Source: an uncultured Gemmatimonadales bacterium (lineage in GTDB: Bacteria; Gemmatimonadota; Gemmatimonadetes; Longimicrobiales; RSA9). Taken from it: 64,000 nt of DNA. The first letter of the stretch is position 1. Each line of letters starts with the position of its first letter. A program made the position numbers and the translations under genes. The DNA is taken from positions 4,768,001 through 4,832,000 of the forward strand of contig OY970192.1 of the NCBI GenBank assembly GCA_963708135.1. The letters run 5' to 3'. The notes beneath the pieces are model-generated. The model searched no databases. It was not told the DNA's origin and saw only the letters and a list, made by a program, of their open reading frames with translations. Shown here in pieces: positions 19,223 through 29,787 of the stretch.

Positions 19223-19298
19223 AGGAAATCCAGACGCCGTTTCGGCTGCTTTCGGCAGGTACGGTGGGGGATCGGCGGGTCAAGGGTGAGGGCGAGGG
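19223..19298 (-). repeat. ~76-bp direct repeat copy 1 (putative promoter/leader)
   Basis: Near-identical to 20007-20085; lies upstream of the 19000 gene. Confidence 0.8.
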
Positions 19299-19396
19299 GC
19301 CGATGAGGCGCCTGGGAGCGGGGGAGGGGCCGGAATCGAGGCGAGGGGAGCGGGAACCGCTTCGTCGAGCGTATGCCTCCTTACGCGTGTTTGTTG

Positions 19397-19960
19397 CTAG
19401 ATCTGGCCTGAAATCTTCTTTGCCAGGCTCTGGAGCGCGTCCGCCTTGCTTTTCTGGAATGGGTTGGATTCATATTTCAAGTCAAAGAAGTTGCCGTTCT
19501 GAACCCAATAGATATTTATCGACATGGTGGTTTCGTCTATGATCAATTGGCTATCGTCACCCAGATTGAGTGGCGGGGCGTTGTCGACCTTGAAATAATG
19601 GTCGCCTGGATTGGTCATGACCTTGATGGACAGTTGCTGGGTCTCCTCGCTCCCGACCCAGCCCCACTGGCAGGCCCCGACTTGGTCGGGGAGGGGAGCC
19701 ATTTCCGGCTTCTGGGAACTGGCGGGCTTGCCGAAAAGAGCCGTGGCGTCTGGCCTGGTCAACAGCTTGCAGGCGTCCACCGAACTGCTCCCGCTCGTAT
19801 TTGCAGTCGCCGCAGACGTATTCGCTACTGGGGGCGGATTATGTCCTCTCGCCGAGGAAGTGTCCGCGTTATTGCCGCCGCAACTTGCCAGCGCCAGCAC
19901 GAGTACAACGTTGCCCATTAATGGAAACACGTATCTGCATGCGTGCCCGTATCTCTTCAT
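19397..19960 (-). CDS. Lipoprotein (DUF3558-like), lower GC than its neighbours
   Basis: Lipobox LASC, DACKLLT and a second Cys in ACQW. GGAGG RBS. Visibly more AT-rich than flanking genes. Confidence 0.75.
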   Translation of the reverse strand: MKRYGHACRYVFPLMGNVVLVLALASCGGNNADTSSARGHNPPPVANTSAATANTSGSSSVDACKLLTRPDATALFGKPASSQKPEMAPLPDQVGACQWGWVGSEETQQLSIKVMTNPGDHYFKVDNAPPLNLGDDSQLIIDETTMSINIYWVQNGNFFDLKYESNPFQKSKADALQSLAKKISGQI

Positions 19961-20006
19961 TATTCAGCACCTCCGTTGCTGCGGCCGTCCCTGCTGCCGA
20001 AGGGAT

Positions 20007-20085
20007 AGGAAATCCGAACGGGGTTTCGGCTGCTTTCGGTAGGGTACGGGGTGGGGGATCGGCGGGTCAAGGGTGAGGGCGAGGG
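20007..20085 (-). repeat. ~79-bp direct repeat copy 2 containing a sigma70-like promoter
   Basis: Minus strand reads TTGACC-N18-TACCCT; lies upstream of the 19960 gene. Confidence 0.7.
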
Positions 20086-20220
20086 CGAGGGCCTCGCCGT
20101 CGCGGCGCTGCTGGCGGTGGTGGGCGTGGTGGCGAGCTACGCGCCGGCATGGACCCCGTCTCGGCGCTGCGGACGGTCTGAGCGCCGCCGCCAGTCGTCG
20201 TTCAGTACCCAGGCGCGAGG

Positions 20221-21063
20221 TCACGACCGCGCGGCGACGGCCAAGGCCTTCCGGCACCGCTCCGGCAGCCGCGGATCGCCGAGCCGCTCGATCCAGCCCT
20301 CGAGCTCCGGCCGGGGTCCTCTCCAGCGAAGCGCCTCGATGTCCTCGAATAGCGGAGCATCGGTGCGCAGCGTCGCGAGCCGCTTGAACAGCAGGGCCAG
20401 CTTGTGGTCCGTCTCGTCGAGCACGCCCCGGGGGAAGTCCTCGATGGGTCCGTGCCGGAGCAGAAGCCTGGCCGCCGTCCTCGCCCCGATGCCGCCGATG
20501 CCCGGATAGCCGTCGGCCGCGTCGCCGACCAGGGCGAGGCGATCGGGGATGAGCGCGGGCGGGACGCCGAACTTCGACTGTACGCCCGCCGCGTCAAAGA
20601 TCCGGCCGCTGCGCCGATCCACCTGCACCACCCGGTCGCCCACGACACACTGCGCCAGGTCCTTGTCCGGCGACCAGATCGACACCTTCGCCACGCGACG
20701 GTCCGCCGCCGCGAGGCGGGCAGCGGAGGCGAGGCCGTCGTCCGCCTCCAGCTCGACCATCGGCCATACCGGCACGCCCAGAGCCGCGAGCGCCTCCTCG
20801 AGCGGCTGGAACTGGCCCCACAGCGCCGGCTCGAGCCCCGCCCCCGTCTTGTAGCCCGGCCACAGCTGATTGCGGAACGACTCGACCACGTGGTCCGTCG
20901 CCACACCGAGATGCGTGGCACCCTCCTCGTACATCTTCAGCACCGTGCGCAGGACGTTGAGGACCGCGCCGAGCGGCGGATCCCGGCCGTCCTTCACGAA
21001 GCGCCTGAGGCCGTAGAAGTGGCGGAAGAGCTCGTAGGTGCCGTCGATCAGGTGGACGATCAT
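20221..21063 (-). CDS. Stand-alone 5'-3' exonuclease / flap endonuclease
   Basis: HLIDGT, EADD, SPDKDLAQ, and H3TH motif LVGDAADGYPGIGGIG. Confidence 0.9.
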   Translation of the reverse strand: MIVHLIDGTYELFRHFYGLRRFVKDGRDPPLGAVLNVLRTVLKMYEEGATHLGVATDHVVESFRNQLWPGYKTGAGLEPALWGQFQPLEEALAALGVPVWPMVELEADDGLASAARLAAADRRVAKVSIWSPDKDLAQCVVGDRVVQVDRRSGRIFDAAGVQSKFGVPPALIPDRLALVGDAADGYPGIGGIGARTAARLLLRHGPIEDFPRGVLDETDHKLALLFKRLATLRTDAPLFEDIEALRWRGPRPELEGWIERLGDPRLPERCRKALAVAARS

Positions 21064-21160
21064 TGCGGCAAGATAGGCAACTCGCCCGAAGAACGCCCGG
21101 CGCCCCGCCGCGCAGGGCGGACGACTCCATGAGGGCGGCCGTCGCGCGGGCCGTGCGAGT

Positions 21161-24100
21161 CTATGCGGCCGTTCGCGAGCCCGGGGCCGGGAGCCGGACG
21201 AGAACCTGATGGTCCATCCCGTCGTCCACGAGGGGGATGTCGGGGCCGTCGAGGACCCGGCCATCGAGCGTCACCTCCGCCCGTGTGTCGGCCGCGAATC
21301 TGCCAGGCTCCTCGACGACGATCGTGTATCTCGCGCTGCCGAAGCGATAGTCGATGGTCAGCTCCGGCCAGGCTGCGGGCACGCGCGGCTCGATGCGCAG
21401 CACGTTGCCGCGGCGGTCGAAGCCGAGGATGGCCTCGAGTCCCACACGATACATCCAGCCCGCGGCGCCCGTGTACCAGGTCCAGCCGCCCCGACCCACG
21501 TGGCCGGGCGCCGTGTAGACGTCCGCCGCGATGACGTACGGCTCGACCTTGTAGGTCGCGACTTCCTCGGGGGTCCGGGTGTGCAGCAGCGGATTGAGCA
21601 TCTGGAACAGCTCGAACGCCCGGCCGCCCTCGCCCGATCGCGCGGTGGCGAGCACGGCCCAGGCGGCGGCGTGCGTGTACTGGGCGCCGTTCTCCCGTAC
21701 GCCGGGCAGATACCCCTTGATGTAGCCGGGATCGCGCGGCGACTTGTCGAACGGCGGCGCGAGCAGGCGGATGAGCCGGGCATCCTCGTCCACCAGGTGC
21801 TCCTCGAGGGCGCGCATGGCGCGGGCCTGGCGCTCCGGCGCGCCGGCGCCGGAGATCACGCTCCAGCTCTGGGCGATGGAGTCGATGCGGCATTCATCGC
21901 TCCGGCTGGAGCCGAGCGGCGTGCCGTCGTCGAAGAAGGCGCGCAGGTACCAGTCGCCGTCCCAGCCGTGCGTTTCCACGGCGGACGCGTACGCGTCCGC
22001 ACGTCGCCGCAGCTCGCCGGCGACCTCCTCATCGCCGCGCCCCGCGGCTCGGACGGCGAACGAGCGGAGACTCGCGATGAGGAACCATGCCAGCCATACG
22101 CTCTCGCCGCGTCCCTCAACGCCGACGCGGTTCATGCCGTCGTTCCAGTCGCCCGTGCCGATCAGCGGCAGGCCGTGGGGGCCCGAGGTGGACGCGCGCC
22201 GGAGCGCGCGCAGGCAGTGCTCGTAGACGCTGCCGTGCTCGTCGCTGATACCCGGCACATCGTAGATCTCGTCCTCCCCCGGCTCGAGCGGGCGCATGGT
22301 CAGGAAGGGCACGTACTCGTCGAGCACCGAGCCATCGCCGGTCCGGGTGACATACTCGTCGACGACCCAGGGCAGCCAGGCGAGGTCGTCGGAGAAGCGG
22401 GAGCGCACGCCGGCGCCCGTGTGGGGATGCCACCAGTGCTGGACATCGCCCTCGAGGAACTGGCGTGCGGCGGCGCGCAGGATATGCTCGCGGGCCAGCG
22501 CCGGCTCCGCGTGGACGACGGCGAGGACGTCCTGGAGCTGGTCGCGGAACCCGTAGGCGCCGCTGCTCTGATAGAGAGCGGAACGGGCCCACAGCCGGCA
22601 GGACAGCGTCTGATACGGCAGCCACCGGTTGAGCAGCGCGTCGAAGGCGGCCTCGGGGGTGCGCACGGTGATGACCGACAGGCGCTGGCGCCACTGTTCG
22701 ACGGTACGCCCGGCCGCCGCCGTGGCGGCGTCGATGCTGCGGAACAGGCTCGCGAGCTGGCGCGCGTCGGCATCGGTGCCGCCGGCGCCGAGGGCCACGA
22801 CCACATCGCGTGACTCGCCGGGGGCGAGGACGAGGACGCACTGGAGCGCGGCGCACGGGTCGAGGCCGGTACCGGTCGTGCCGGAGAGGTCACGGCCCCC
22901 GAGGGCGGCGGGCCCCTGCACGCTCCCGTTCCGGCCGAGGAACTCGCGGCGGTCGCCGGTGTGGCCGGTGACCGGCTCGCTCAGCGCGCAGAACGCGACG
23001 CGGCCGTGGAAGTGCGGGTCGAAGTGGTTCCGGGCGAGAACCGCGCCGAGCCCCGGCTCGAAGGTGGTGCGCACGTGGTGCTGCGTGCGCTCGCGCTGTG
23101 CGCCGAGCGTCCATTCCACGTACGCGGTCAGGCGGATCCTGCGCTCGACGGCGTCGCGGTTCGTGACCCGGAGCATGGACAGCCGCACCGGCTCGTCAGC
23201 GGCCATGGTCAGCGTGAGGCGGGTGGCGATGCGGTTGCGCTCGGCCTCGAACACCGAGATGCCGGCGCCGTGGCGCACCGTGTACTCGGTCTCGTGTCCG
23301 AGCGGTGCGGGCGTGGCGCTCCACAGGTCGCCAGACGCCTCGTCCCGGAGGTAGAGAACATCCGAGATCGGGTCACTGACAGGATCGTTGTGCCACGGGG
23401 TGAGTCGGAAGAAGTAGCTGCTGTCCGCCCAGGTGCAGCCCGCGCCGCGCTCGCTGACGATGAACCCGCCGCGCCCGTGCGCGACGACGTTGACCCAGGG
23501 GGCGGGCGGCAGGGCGTCGCCTGCGACACGGATCACGTAGTCGCCGTTCGCGTCGAGGCCGCCCGTTCCATTGTCGAACCCGAGGCCGGCGCGACGGCCG
23601 TCGAGGGCGGCCTTCCGCGCCGGCCGGTCTGCCGGCGGTCGGACGGGCCGGCGGGCGTGGGTCCAGCGCTCGAGGGCGGAAAGGGGGGTCGCCTGTCGCT
23701 CGAGAATCCGGGGCGCCGGCGCGGACGGCGCGGTGTCGGGCTGGCCGGTCGCCGGCTCCATGAGCAGGTCTTCGAGGTGCGTGAGCGAGCGACCGTCGCA
23801 CGGGAGGACGAGCCGGGCCGTGGCTCGCAGCATGAGCAGCGTCTCCGCATCCAGCGACTCGACGTTCCGGAGAAAGGCACCGCCGGGCCGATCCATGGCC
23901 GTGCCGCCGATGGCGAACAGGGTCTCCATGATGCGGTCCTGCAGCTCCTGCCGGTAGGACGCGGGCTGCGCGAAGAGGATCACCAGGTCAACCACGAGGC
24001 CGCGGCGGCGCCAGAACTGATGCGCGGCCCCGACCTGCCGCAACGTCGGGAGCCCGTCCACGCCATCGATGGTGGCGAGCACGATGCGCCGGTCACCGGA

Positions 24101-27100
24101 TATGCCGGCGGACCACAGCAGCGGCTGCGCGCCGCGGTTGCGGTCTACTTCCTCCGGGCTCGCGCGGAGATCCCGGTGGGGAAAGAGCAGGCAGCCGGCG
24201 AGCTCCTGAAAGATGGCGGCGTCGGCGGGCGTCAGGTCCCGCTCGCGCAGCTCCACCTGTTGGGACGCCCATGCCAGGTCCAGGGCGCGCTGCGCCGTAT
24301 GCGGATCGTGATACCGGTCGGCCAGGCGGAATGCGTCCTCGCGCGTGGCGGCGACCAGCGTCGTGAAGGTGACCGTGGCCGAGTCTCCGGGGGCGAGTCG
24401 GAGCCGCGTCCGCAGCGCGAAGATCGGGTCGAGCACGGCACCGGTGGTGCCGGAGAGCGGACCGGCACCGTCGAGGGCTGCGGGTGCGCGGGTGGTCCGG
24501 CCGCGGCCGATGAAGCGGGCGCGGTCCGTCTCGCAGGAAACGGGGCCGACCCGGCCGGTGCCGGCGTCCATCACGTGCACGCACCAGAGGGACGGCTCCG
24601 CCGCGGAACGCGGGCGCCGCGTGGCGGTGAGGGCCGAACACCACTCGTGCCATTCCGTCTCGACGAACAGGTTGGCGAAGGCCGGGTGCGCCCGATCGGC
24701 CTCCGCCGGACCGAGCACCACCTCGCCGTAGCTCGTGAGCTCGACCTCCCGCGGGGAATGGGCATGATTCGTGACCGTCACGCAGCGCACCTCGGCGGCG
24801 TCGTCGGGCACCACGGTGATCTCGGTGCGCGTCTCGATGTCTCCATCGGCGCGGTTGAACGTCACGCGGTCGCTGGCGAGCAGCGCCCGGTACGCATCGG
24901 CTGGAGCGCACACCGGCTGGTGGGCCGTCGACCACACCCGGTCGCTGGTGACATCCCTCACGTAGCAGAACTGGCCCATGGCGTCCGTGGTGCCGTCAGC
25001 GCGCCAGCGGGTGACCGCCATGTCCTCGTACCGGGAGAACCCGGACCCCGTGTGCGTCACCATCACGGTGTAGGGCTGACGGCCGAGCAGCGCGACGTGC
25101 GGCCGCGGGGTGTCGGGCCGCGTGAGCTCGCGCACGGCCTGATTCTCGTCCTCCGGGCGTGAAAGCGCCCCGGCGGCGCCCGCCGGCCTGGCGGGGTGCA
25201 GCACGATGCGGCGCGGGATCCGCTCCTGGAGCAGGAGCTCGGCCGACTGCACGAGGGGATCGGAGTGGAACCGTCGTTGCCACACGTCATCGGTGAGCAC
25301 GTTCGTCAGTGCGACGAGGCTCATGCCGATGTGGTGGGCCATGTAGTTGCGGACCACGGCGTGATCCTCGCCTGGCTCCGGCCGGGCGTAGTCGATGGCG
25401 TCGCGGAAGCCATAGGGCCCGAGGGCCTCCATTCCGGCGAGCACGGAGAGGTTCTCCAGCGCGCGATCCGGCTCCACCAGCAGGGCCAGTGCGGAGGCGT
25501 ACGGAGCGATCACGAGGTCACGGCCGAGCCCGCGCTTGAGGCCCAGGTCCGGCACGCCGAACGCCCGGTACTGATAGGTGAGCTGATGATCGCGCAGGTT
25601 GTACGCGCTCTCGCTCACTCCCCAGGGGACGCCGCGCCGGGCGCCGTAGGCGATCTGCCGCCGGACCGCACCGCGGTAGGTCTGGTCGAGGAGCGTGGAC
25701 GGATAGGAGCGCATGACAAGCGCCGGCATCAGGTACTCGAACATGCTGCCGCTCCAGGAGACGAGCGCGGTGGCGCCCGACGCGTGGGTCAGCGAGCGAC
25801 CGAGCCGGAACCAGTGGTCGAGCGGCACGTCGTTCTTCGCGACCGCGACAAAGCTCGCGACGCGCGACTCCGAGGCGAGCAGGTCGTAATGCGACACATC
25901 CAGCGACTGGCTGGCGAGCTGATAGCCGATGGAGAAGAGCTCGCGATCCCCGTCGAAGAGGAAGCGGAAGTCCATCTCGGCGACGTAATCGCCGGCGCGG
26001 TCGGCCAGCGCGTCCAGCCGGGCGGGCAGCTCGGGACCGGCCGCCCCCTCGTCTCCGGGCCTGGGGCGGGCATCCAGACAGGCCTGCCGCACGGCGAGCA
26101 GGTGGCCCGCGAGGTTGCCGCTGTCCACCGTGGAGATGTAGGCCGGCTCGAGGACGCTCAGGTCGTGCAGGTCGTACCAGTTGAAGAAGTGCCCGCGGAA
26201 GCGCCGCATGCGCTCCAGGGAACGGAACACGCGCTCCAGTCGCCGCGTCATCTCCTCGGTGGTGATGAAGCCGAGGTCGCGGGCGCTCCCGATCGCGAGC
26301 AACTGAAGGCCGATGTTCGTCGGCGACGTGCGCATGGCGACGGCGGCGCCGGGCTCTTCCTGCACGTTGTCCGGCACCAGCCACTGCGTGCCGGCAGCGA
26401 CGAAGTCGTCGAAATAGCGCCAGTGCCGCCGCGCGAGGTCCCTGGCCGTGGCGGCCTGTGGCGCCGTGAGCTGTCGGCGCCGTGGCACGGCCGGGCGGCC
26501 GAGGGCATGGGCGATGGCGGGCGACGCGGCCCACAGCAGGGCTAGGACACCGATGGCCAGCACATCGGGCCACCAGAGGACCCCCGCGCCCGGGCCTGCC
26601 GACCGGGCGATCGCGATCAGTGCGACGGCCACCCCGGCGATTGCCGCCGGCGACATCGCCCGCCACACGAGGGCCCGGCCCGTACGCGGGTCTCGTTCCG
26701 CGGTCGATGCGGTCTGCCACTCGAGCAGGTTCCGCCTCGTGACACCGAGGCGCCAGAGGGTGCGGATGATCGCATCGGCCGACACCCACGCCTGGTGGGG
26801 CAGGAAGGCGATGGCCAGCAGGAGCTGCCGCACGGCCGTGCGCGCGTCGCGGGCGACGGATGCGTAGTACGCGCGCCACGAGCGGTCGAGCGGCGGGCGC
26901 AGCGCGGCGAGCAGGACCGAGACGATCCAGGGCGCGCCGACAATGGTCAGTGCCAGCGCGGTCCAGCGGAGCGCCGAGCCCGGTAGCAGCACCCAGCCGG
27001 CGAAGAGAAAGAGCACCAGCCCGATCTCCACCGTGCTGCGCCGCAGGTTGTCGAAGATCTTCCAGCGCGAGAGGAGCGACAGCCGGTTGGCCTCCGGCCC

Positions 27101-29365
27101 CTCGGGCCCCGGCACCCGCGGCGACAGCCACCGGAGCAGCTGCCAGTCGCCCCGTATCCAGCGATGCTTCCGCCGGGTGAACGTGAGGTAGCGCGCGGGA
27201 TAGTCGTCGTAGACCATGATGTTGGTGACGAGCCCCGCGCGGGCGTAGCTGCCCTCGATCAGGTCGTGCGACAGCAGCGTGTTCTCGGGGAACCGGCCGC
27301 GCATCGCCCGCTCGAAGACCTCCACATCGTAGATGCCCTTCCCCGTGAAGCTGCCCTCGCCGAACAGGTCCTGGTACACGTCGGAGGTGGCGCTCGTGTA
27401 CGGGTCCACGCCCGGATGCCCGGAGTGGATGGACGAGAAATGGGTCCGGTACGCGCTGGGCAGCGTAACCCCCACGCGCGGCTGGAGGATGCCGTAGCCG
27501 CGCACCACACGGCTCCGACCCGGGTCGTACACGGCGCGATTGAGCGGGTGCGCCAGCGTGCCGATGAGTGCCGCGGCACTGCCCGGTGGCAGCACGGTAT
27601 CCGCGTCCAGCGTGATCACATACCGGACAGAGCCCAGCGGCTCTACGTTGCCGGCAATGGTGGCGAACGCGCCCGCAGCTCCGTCGCGCAGGAAGTGATT
27701 GAACTCGGCCAGCTTGCCGCGCTTGCGCTCCCAGCCCATCCAGACGCCCTGGCGCGCGTTCCAGCGGCGGGGCCGATGAAAGAGCTGGAACGCATCCCGG
27801 TCAAGGGGCGCATAGCGGTCGTTGAGGTCGTGGACGCGCGCCACGGCCGCGGCGACGATGGCCGCATCGGTCTCGCGGGTCTGCTCCGCCGCGTCGGTGA
27901 AGTCGCTCAGGACGCAGAAATGCAGGTGCGCTCCCCGGTTGGCGAGGAACTGGACCTCGAGGTGATCGAACGCTTCGTCCACGGCCGCGATGCTGTCGAA
28001 CAGCGTAGGCACGACCACGGCGGTGCGGAGCTCCGCGGGCACGCCGTCGCAAGGGCCGAGGTCGAGCCTGGGGAGCGTGCGCGGCGGCAGCAGCACCGTG
28101 ACCAGCTGGTCGACGACGACGCTGGCGACGTGGCTCGCGGGGATGAGCGCGAGGATGAGGATCGGAATCCATGCGCCGCGGGCGGCGGGCCCGGCCAGCC
28201 ACAGCACGGCGGCGAGTGCCGCGACGAAGCCGGTGAGCACGCTTGCGGCGAACGCGGTGTCCGGGTGCCTCAGCACCCACCGGTGGAGTGCCTCGCGCGC
28301 CCGGGGCCGATACCCCGCGGCGGCCTCCAGCTCCCGGAGCCCGTCGTCCACGAGGAAGTAGCCGACGTGAGAGCGGACGTGGTCCGGCCCGTGGTCCTGC
28401 GCCGCGGCGCGGGCGAGGTCCACGGCCATCCGCGCCACGTCCTCCTCCGGTTGACGCGTCCGGCGCGCGACGCGCTCGACCACGTGGCGGTAATGGTCAC
28501 GCGTCCCGAACGCCATGCGGGCATGGTACCCCGCAGGGTCGGTGAGCAGAACGGCCTCCAGCACGCTGTGCCGCTCGACGAACATTCGCCAGTCCAGCTG
28601 TGCGATCGTGCGCAGGCTCGTGATGCTGTGGGCCATGATCACCTGCGTCAGGGCCAGGTGCTGCGCCGCCCGCGCCGACGCCACTTCGTCGGTCACCATC
28701 CGCTCGCTGATCCACTCCTCGATCTCGACGAGCGGGAGAATCGCGCCGCGGGTGAGACGCAGCTGGTGCAGGAAGCGCGCGATGAATACCGCCGTCAGCC
28801 GCGGCGGCGCCTGGACGAACGCATCCAGGGCCCCCCCCAGCTCGACCGCCCCCTGCTCGCTCGCGGTCTCGATGCGCAGGGCCCACGCGTCCGCCTCCTC
28901 GATCTCCCTCATCCGGCGCATGGTGCGCAGCGTCATGCGCCGTACGCTCTCGATCAGCCCGATCCGGAACATCGCGGGCAGCGCCCACAGTTCGCCGATC
29001 GTGAGGGGCGTGACCGATTGGTAGGCGGAGACGAAGAGGTCCAGGTTGTCAACGTCGATGCGCGCTTCGGAGTGGGAGATCAGCGCAATCGCGAGCTCGT
29101 ACACGCGCGGGTATCCGGCCAGCCGCCCGCTCGCCAGCTCGGGCAGCTCCCGGTAGTAGCCTCGCGGGAGCGCCTCGTGCACTTCCCGGACGTGCTCCTG
29201 CACTATGTGGAAGTTGTCCAGCAGCCATTCGCCGGCCGGGCCGACGTCGACATCCCGGGCCGCGCCCGCGGACAGGGCCGCGTGCGCGTCGTCCAGGATG
29301 CGTCGCGTGCGGGACAGGCGAAGGAGGAGGGCGGCCTCGCGGCGGGACCGCGGTGGCGGCTGCAC
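21161..29365 (-). CDS. ndvB: Cyclic beta-1,2-glucan synthase (NdvB/ChvB/Cgs; GT84 + GH94); true start probably near 29509
   Basis: About 2750 aa with WLLDNF, WMGWERKRGK, LSHDLIEG, RWIRGDWQL, SWSGSMFEY, YQSSGAYGFRDQLQD, GDWNDGMN and ENGAQYTH. Confidence 0.93.
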   Translation of the reverse strand: MQPPPRSRREAALLLRLSRTRRILDDAHAALSAGAARDVDVGPAGEWLLDNFHIVQEHVREVHEALPRGYYRELPELASGRLAGYPRVYELAIALISHSEARIDVDNLDLFVSAYQSVTPLTIGELWALPAMFRIGLIESVRRMTLRTMRRMREIEEADAWALRIETASEQGAVELGGALDAFVQAPPRLTAVFIARFLHQLRLTRGAILPLVEIEEWISERMVTDEVASARAAQHLALTQVIMAHSITSLRTIAQLDWRMFVERHSVLEAVLLTDPAGYHARMAFGTRDHYRHVVERVARRTRQPEEDVARMAVDLARAAAQDHGPDHVRSHVGYFLVDDGLRELEAAAGYRPRAREALHRWVLRHPDTAFAASVLTGFVAALAAVLWLAGPAARGAWIPILILALIPASHVASVVVDQLVTVLLPPRTLPRLDLGPCDGVPAELRTAVVVPTLFDSIAAVDEAFDHLEVQFLANRGAHLHFCVLSDFTDAAEQTRETDAAIVAAAVARVHDLNDRYAPLDRDAFQLFHRPRRWNARQGVWMGWERKRGKLAEFNHFLRDGAAGAFATIAGNVEPLGSVRYVITLDADTVLPPGSAAALIGTLAHPLNRAVYDPGRSRVVRGYGILQPRVGVTLPSAYRTHFSSIHSGHPGVDPYTSATSDVYQDLFGEGSFTGKGIYDVEVFERAMRGRFPENTLLSHDLIEGSYARAGLVTNIMVYDDYPARYLTFTRRKHRWIRGDWQLLRWLSPRVPGPEGPEANRLSLLSRWKIFDNLRRSTVEIGLVLFLFAGWVLLPGSALRWTALALTIVGAPWIVSVLLAALRPPLDRSWRAYYASVARDARTAVRQLLLAIAFLPHQAWVSADAIIRTLWRLGVTRRNLLEWQTASTAERDPRTGRALVWRAMSPAAIAGVAVALIAIARSAGPGAGVLWWPDVLAIGVLALLWAASPAIAHALGRPAVPRRRQLTAPQAATARDLARRHWRYFDDFVAAGTQWLVPDNVQEEPGAAVAMRTSPTNIGLQLLAIGSARDLGFITTEEMTRRLERVFRSLERMRRFRGHFFNWYDLHDLSVLEPAYISTVDSGNLAGHLLAVRQACLDARPRPGDEGAAGPELPARLDALADRAGDYVAEMDFRFLFDGDRELFSIGYQLASQSLDVSHYDLLASESRVASFVAVAKNDVPLDHWFRLGRSLTHASGATALVSWSGSMFEYLMPALVMRSYPSTLLDQTYRGAVRRQIAYGARRGVPWGVSESAYNLRDHQLTYQYRAFGVPDLGLKRGLGRDLVIAPYASALALLVEPDRALENLSVLAGMEALGPYGFRDAIDYARPEPGEDHAVVRNYMAHHIGMSLVALTNVLTDDVWQRRFHSDPLVQSAELLLQERIPRRIVLHPARPAGAAGALSRPEDENQAVRELTRPDTPRPHVALLGRQPYTVMVTHTGSGFSRYEDMAVTRWRADGTTDAMGQFCYVRDVTSDRVWSTAHQPVCAPADAYRALLASDRVTFNRADGDIETRTEITVVPDDAAEVRCVTVTNHAHSPREVELTSYGEVVLGPAEADRAHPAFANLFVETEWHEWCSALTATRRPRSAAEPSLWCVHVMDAGTGRVGPVSCETDRARFIGRGRTTRAPAALDGAGPLSGTTGAVLDPIFALRTRLRLAPGDSATVTFTTLVAATREDAFRLADRYHDPHTAQRALDLAWASQQVELRERDLTPADAAIFQELAGCLLFPHRDLRASPEEVDRNRGAQPLLWSAGISGDRRIVLATIDGVDGLPTLRQVGAAHQFWRRRGLVVDLVILFAQPASYRQELQDRIMETLFAIGGTAMDRPGGAFLRNVESLDAETLLMLRATARLVLPCDGRSLTHLEDLLMEPATGQPDTAPSAPAPRILERQATPLSALERWTHARRPVRPPADRPARKAALDGRRAGLGFDNGTGGLDANGDYVIRVAGDALPPAPWVNVVAHGRGGFIVSERGAGCTWADSSYFFRLTPWHNDPVSDPISDVLYLRDEASGDLWSATPAPLGHETEYTVRHGAGISVFEAERNRIATRLTLTMAADEPVRLSMLRVTNRDAVERRIRLTAYVEWTLGAQRERTQHHVRTTFEPGLGAVLARNHFDPHFHGRVAFCALSEPVTGHTGDRREFLGRNGSVQGPAALGGRDLSGTTGTGLDPCAALQCVLVLAPGESRDVVVALGAGGTDADARQLASLFRSIDAATAAAGRTVEQWRQRLSVITVRTPEAAFDALLNRWLPYQTLSCRLWARSALYQSSGAYGFRDQLQDVLAVVHAEPALAREHILRAAARQFLEGDVQHWWHPHTGAGVRSRFSDDLAWLPWVVDEYVTRTGDGSVLDEYVPFLTMRPLEPGEDEIYDVPGISDEHGSVYEHCLRALRRASTSGPHGLPLIGTGDWNDGMNRVGVEGRGESVWLAWFLIASLRSFAVRAAGRGDEEVAGELRRRADAYASAVETHGWDGDWYLRAFFDDGTPLGSSRSDECRIDSIAQSWSVISGAGAPERQARAMRALEEHLVDEDARLIRLLAPPFDKSPRDPGYIKGYLPGVRENGAQYTHAAAWAVLATARSGEGGRAFELFQMLNPLLHTRTPEEVATYKVEPYVIAADVYTAPGHVGRGGWTWYTGAAGWMYRVGLEAILGFDRRGNVLRIEPRVPAAWPELTIDYRFGSARYTIVVEEPGRFAADTRAEVTLDGRVLDGPDIPLVDDGMDHQVLVRLPAPGSRTAA

Positions 29366-29787
29366 GCGTTCGCGCCCGGCGACCTCGCGGGCCTTTTCGG
29401 CGAGTTGATCGGTGCCGAGAAGCGCACCGCGGATGGGGCCGGTCAGAAGCTCGTCCCGACCGGATTTCCGGGCCGGACGGACGAAGGCCTGAAGGCGCTG
29501 GAACCCTATTGCTGAATCGTCATGGAGCGCATCGTCCTTTGGCGAAGGCTGAGGCGACCGTGCTGGCCGAAAGAAGACTACCCCGCTGGCGTGGGGGGGT
29601 TACGCTGTCGCCGCGGTCGCTCATGACGGGCCCGTCGTGCTCGCGTCGCGCCGGTCCTCCTCGTCCGTCACCTTCTCCAGCCCGTCCACCACCTTGTCCG
29701 GCGGTCTTGCATCGAACGCATCGCGGCCCCATGGTCCACCATTCCCCCGCGCCGCTCGGCGGCGCCCCACCCTTACAAGGATGTCCG

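Noticed and set aside
19223..20085. Integron attC sites or a known riboswitch
   Set aside because: No RYYYAAC/GTTRRRY ends, no integrase nearby, and no riboswitch consensus that I recognise.
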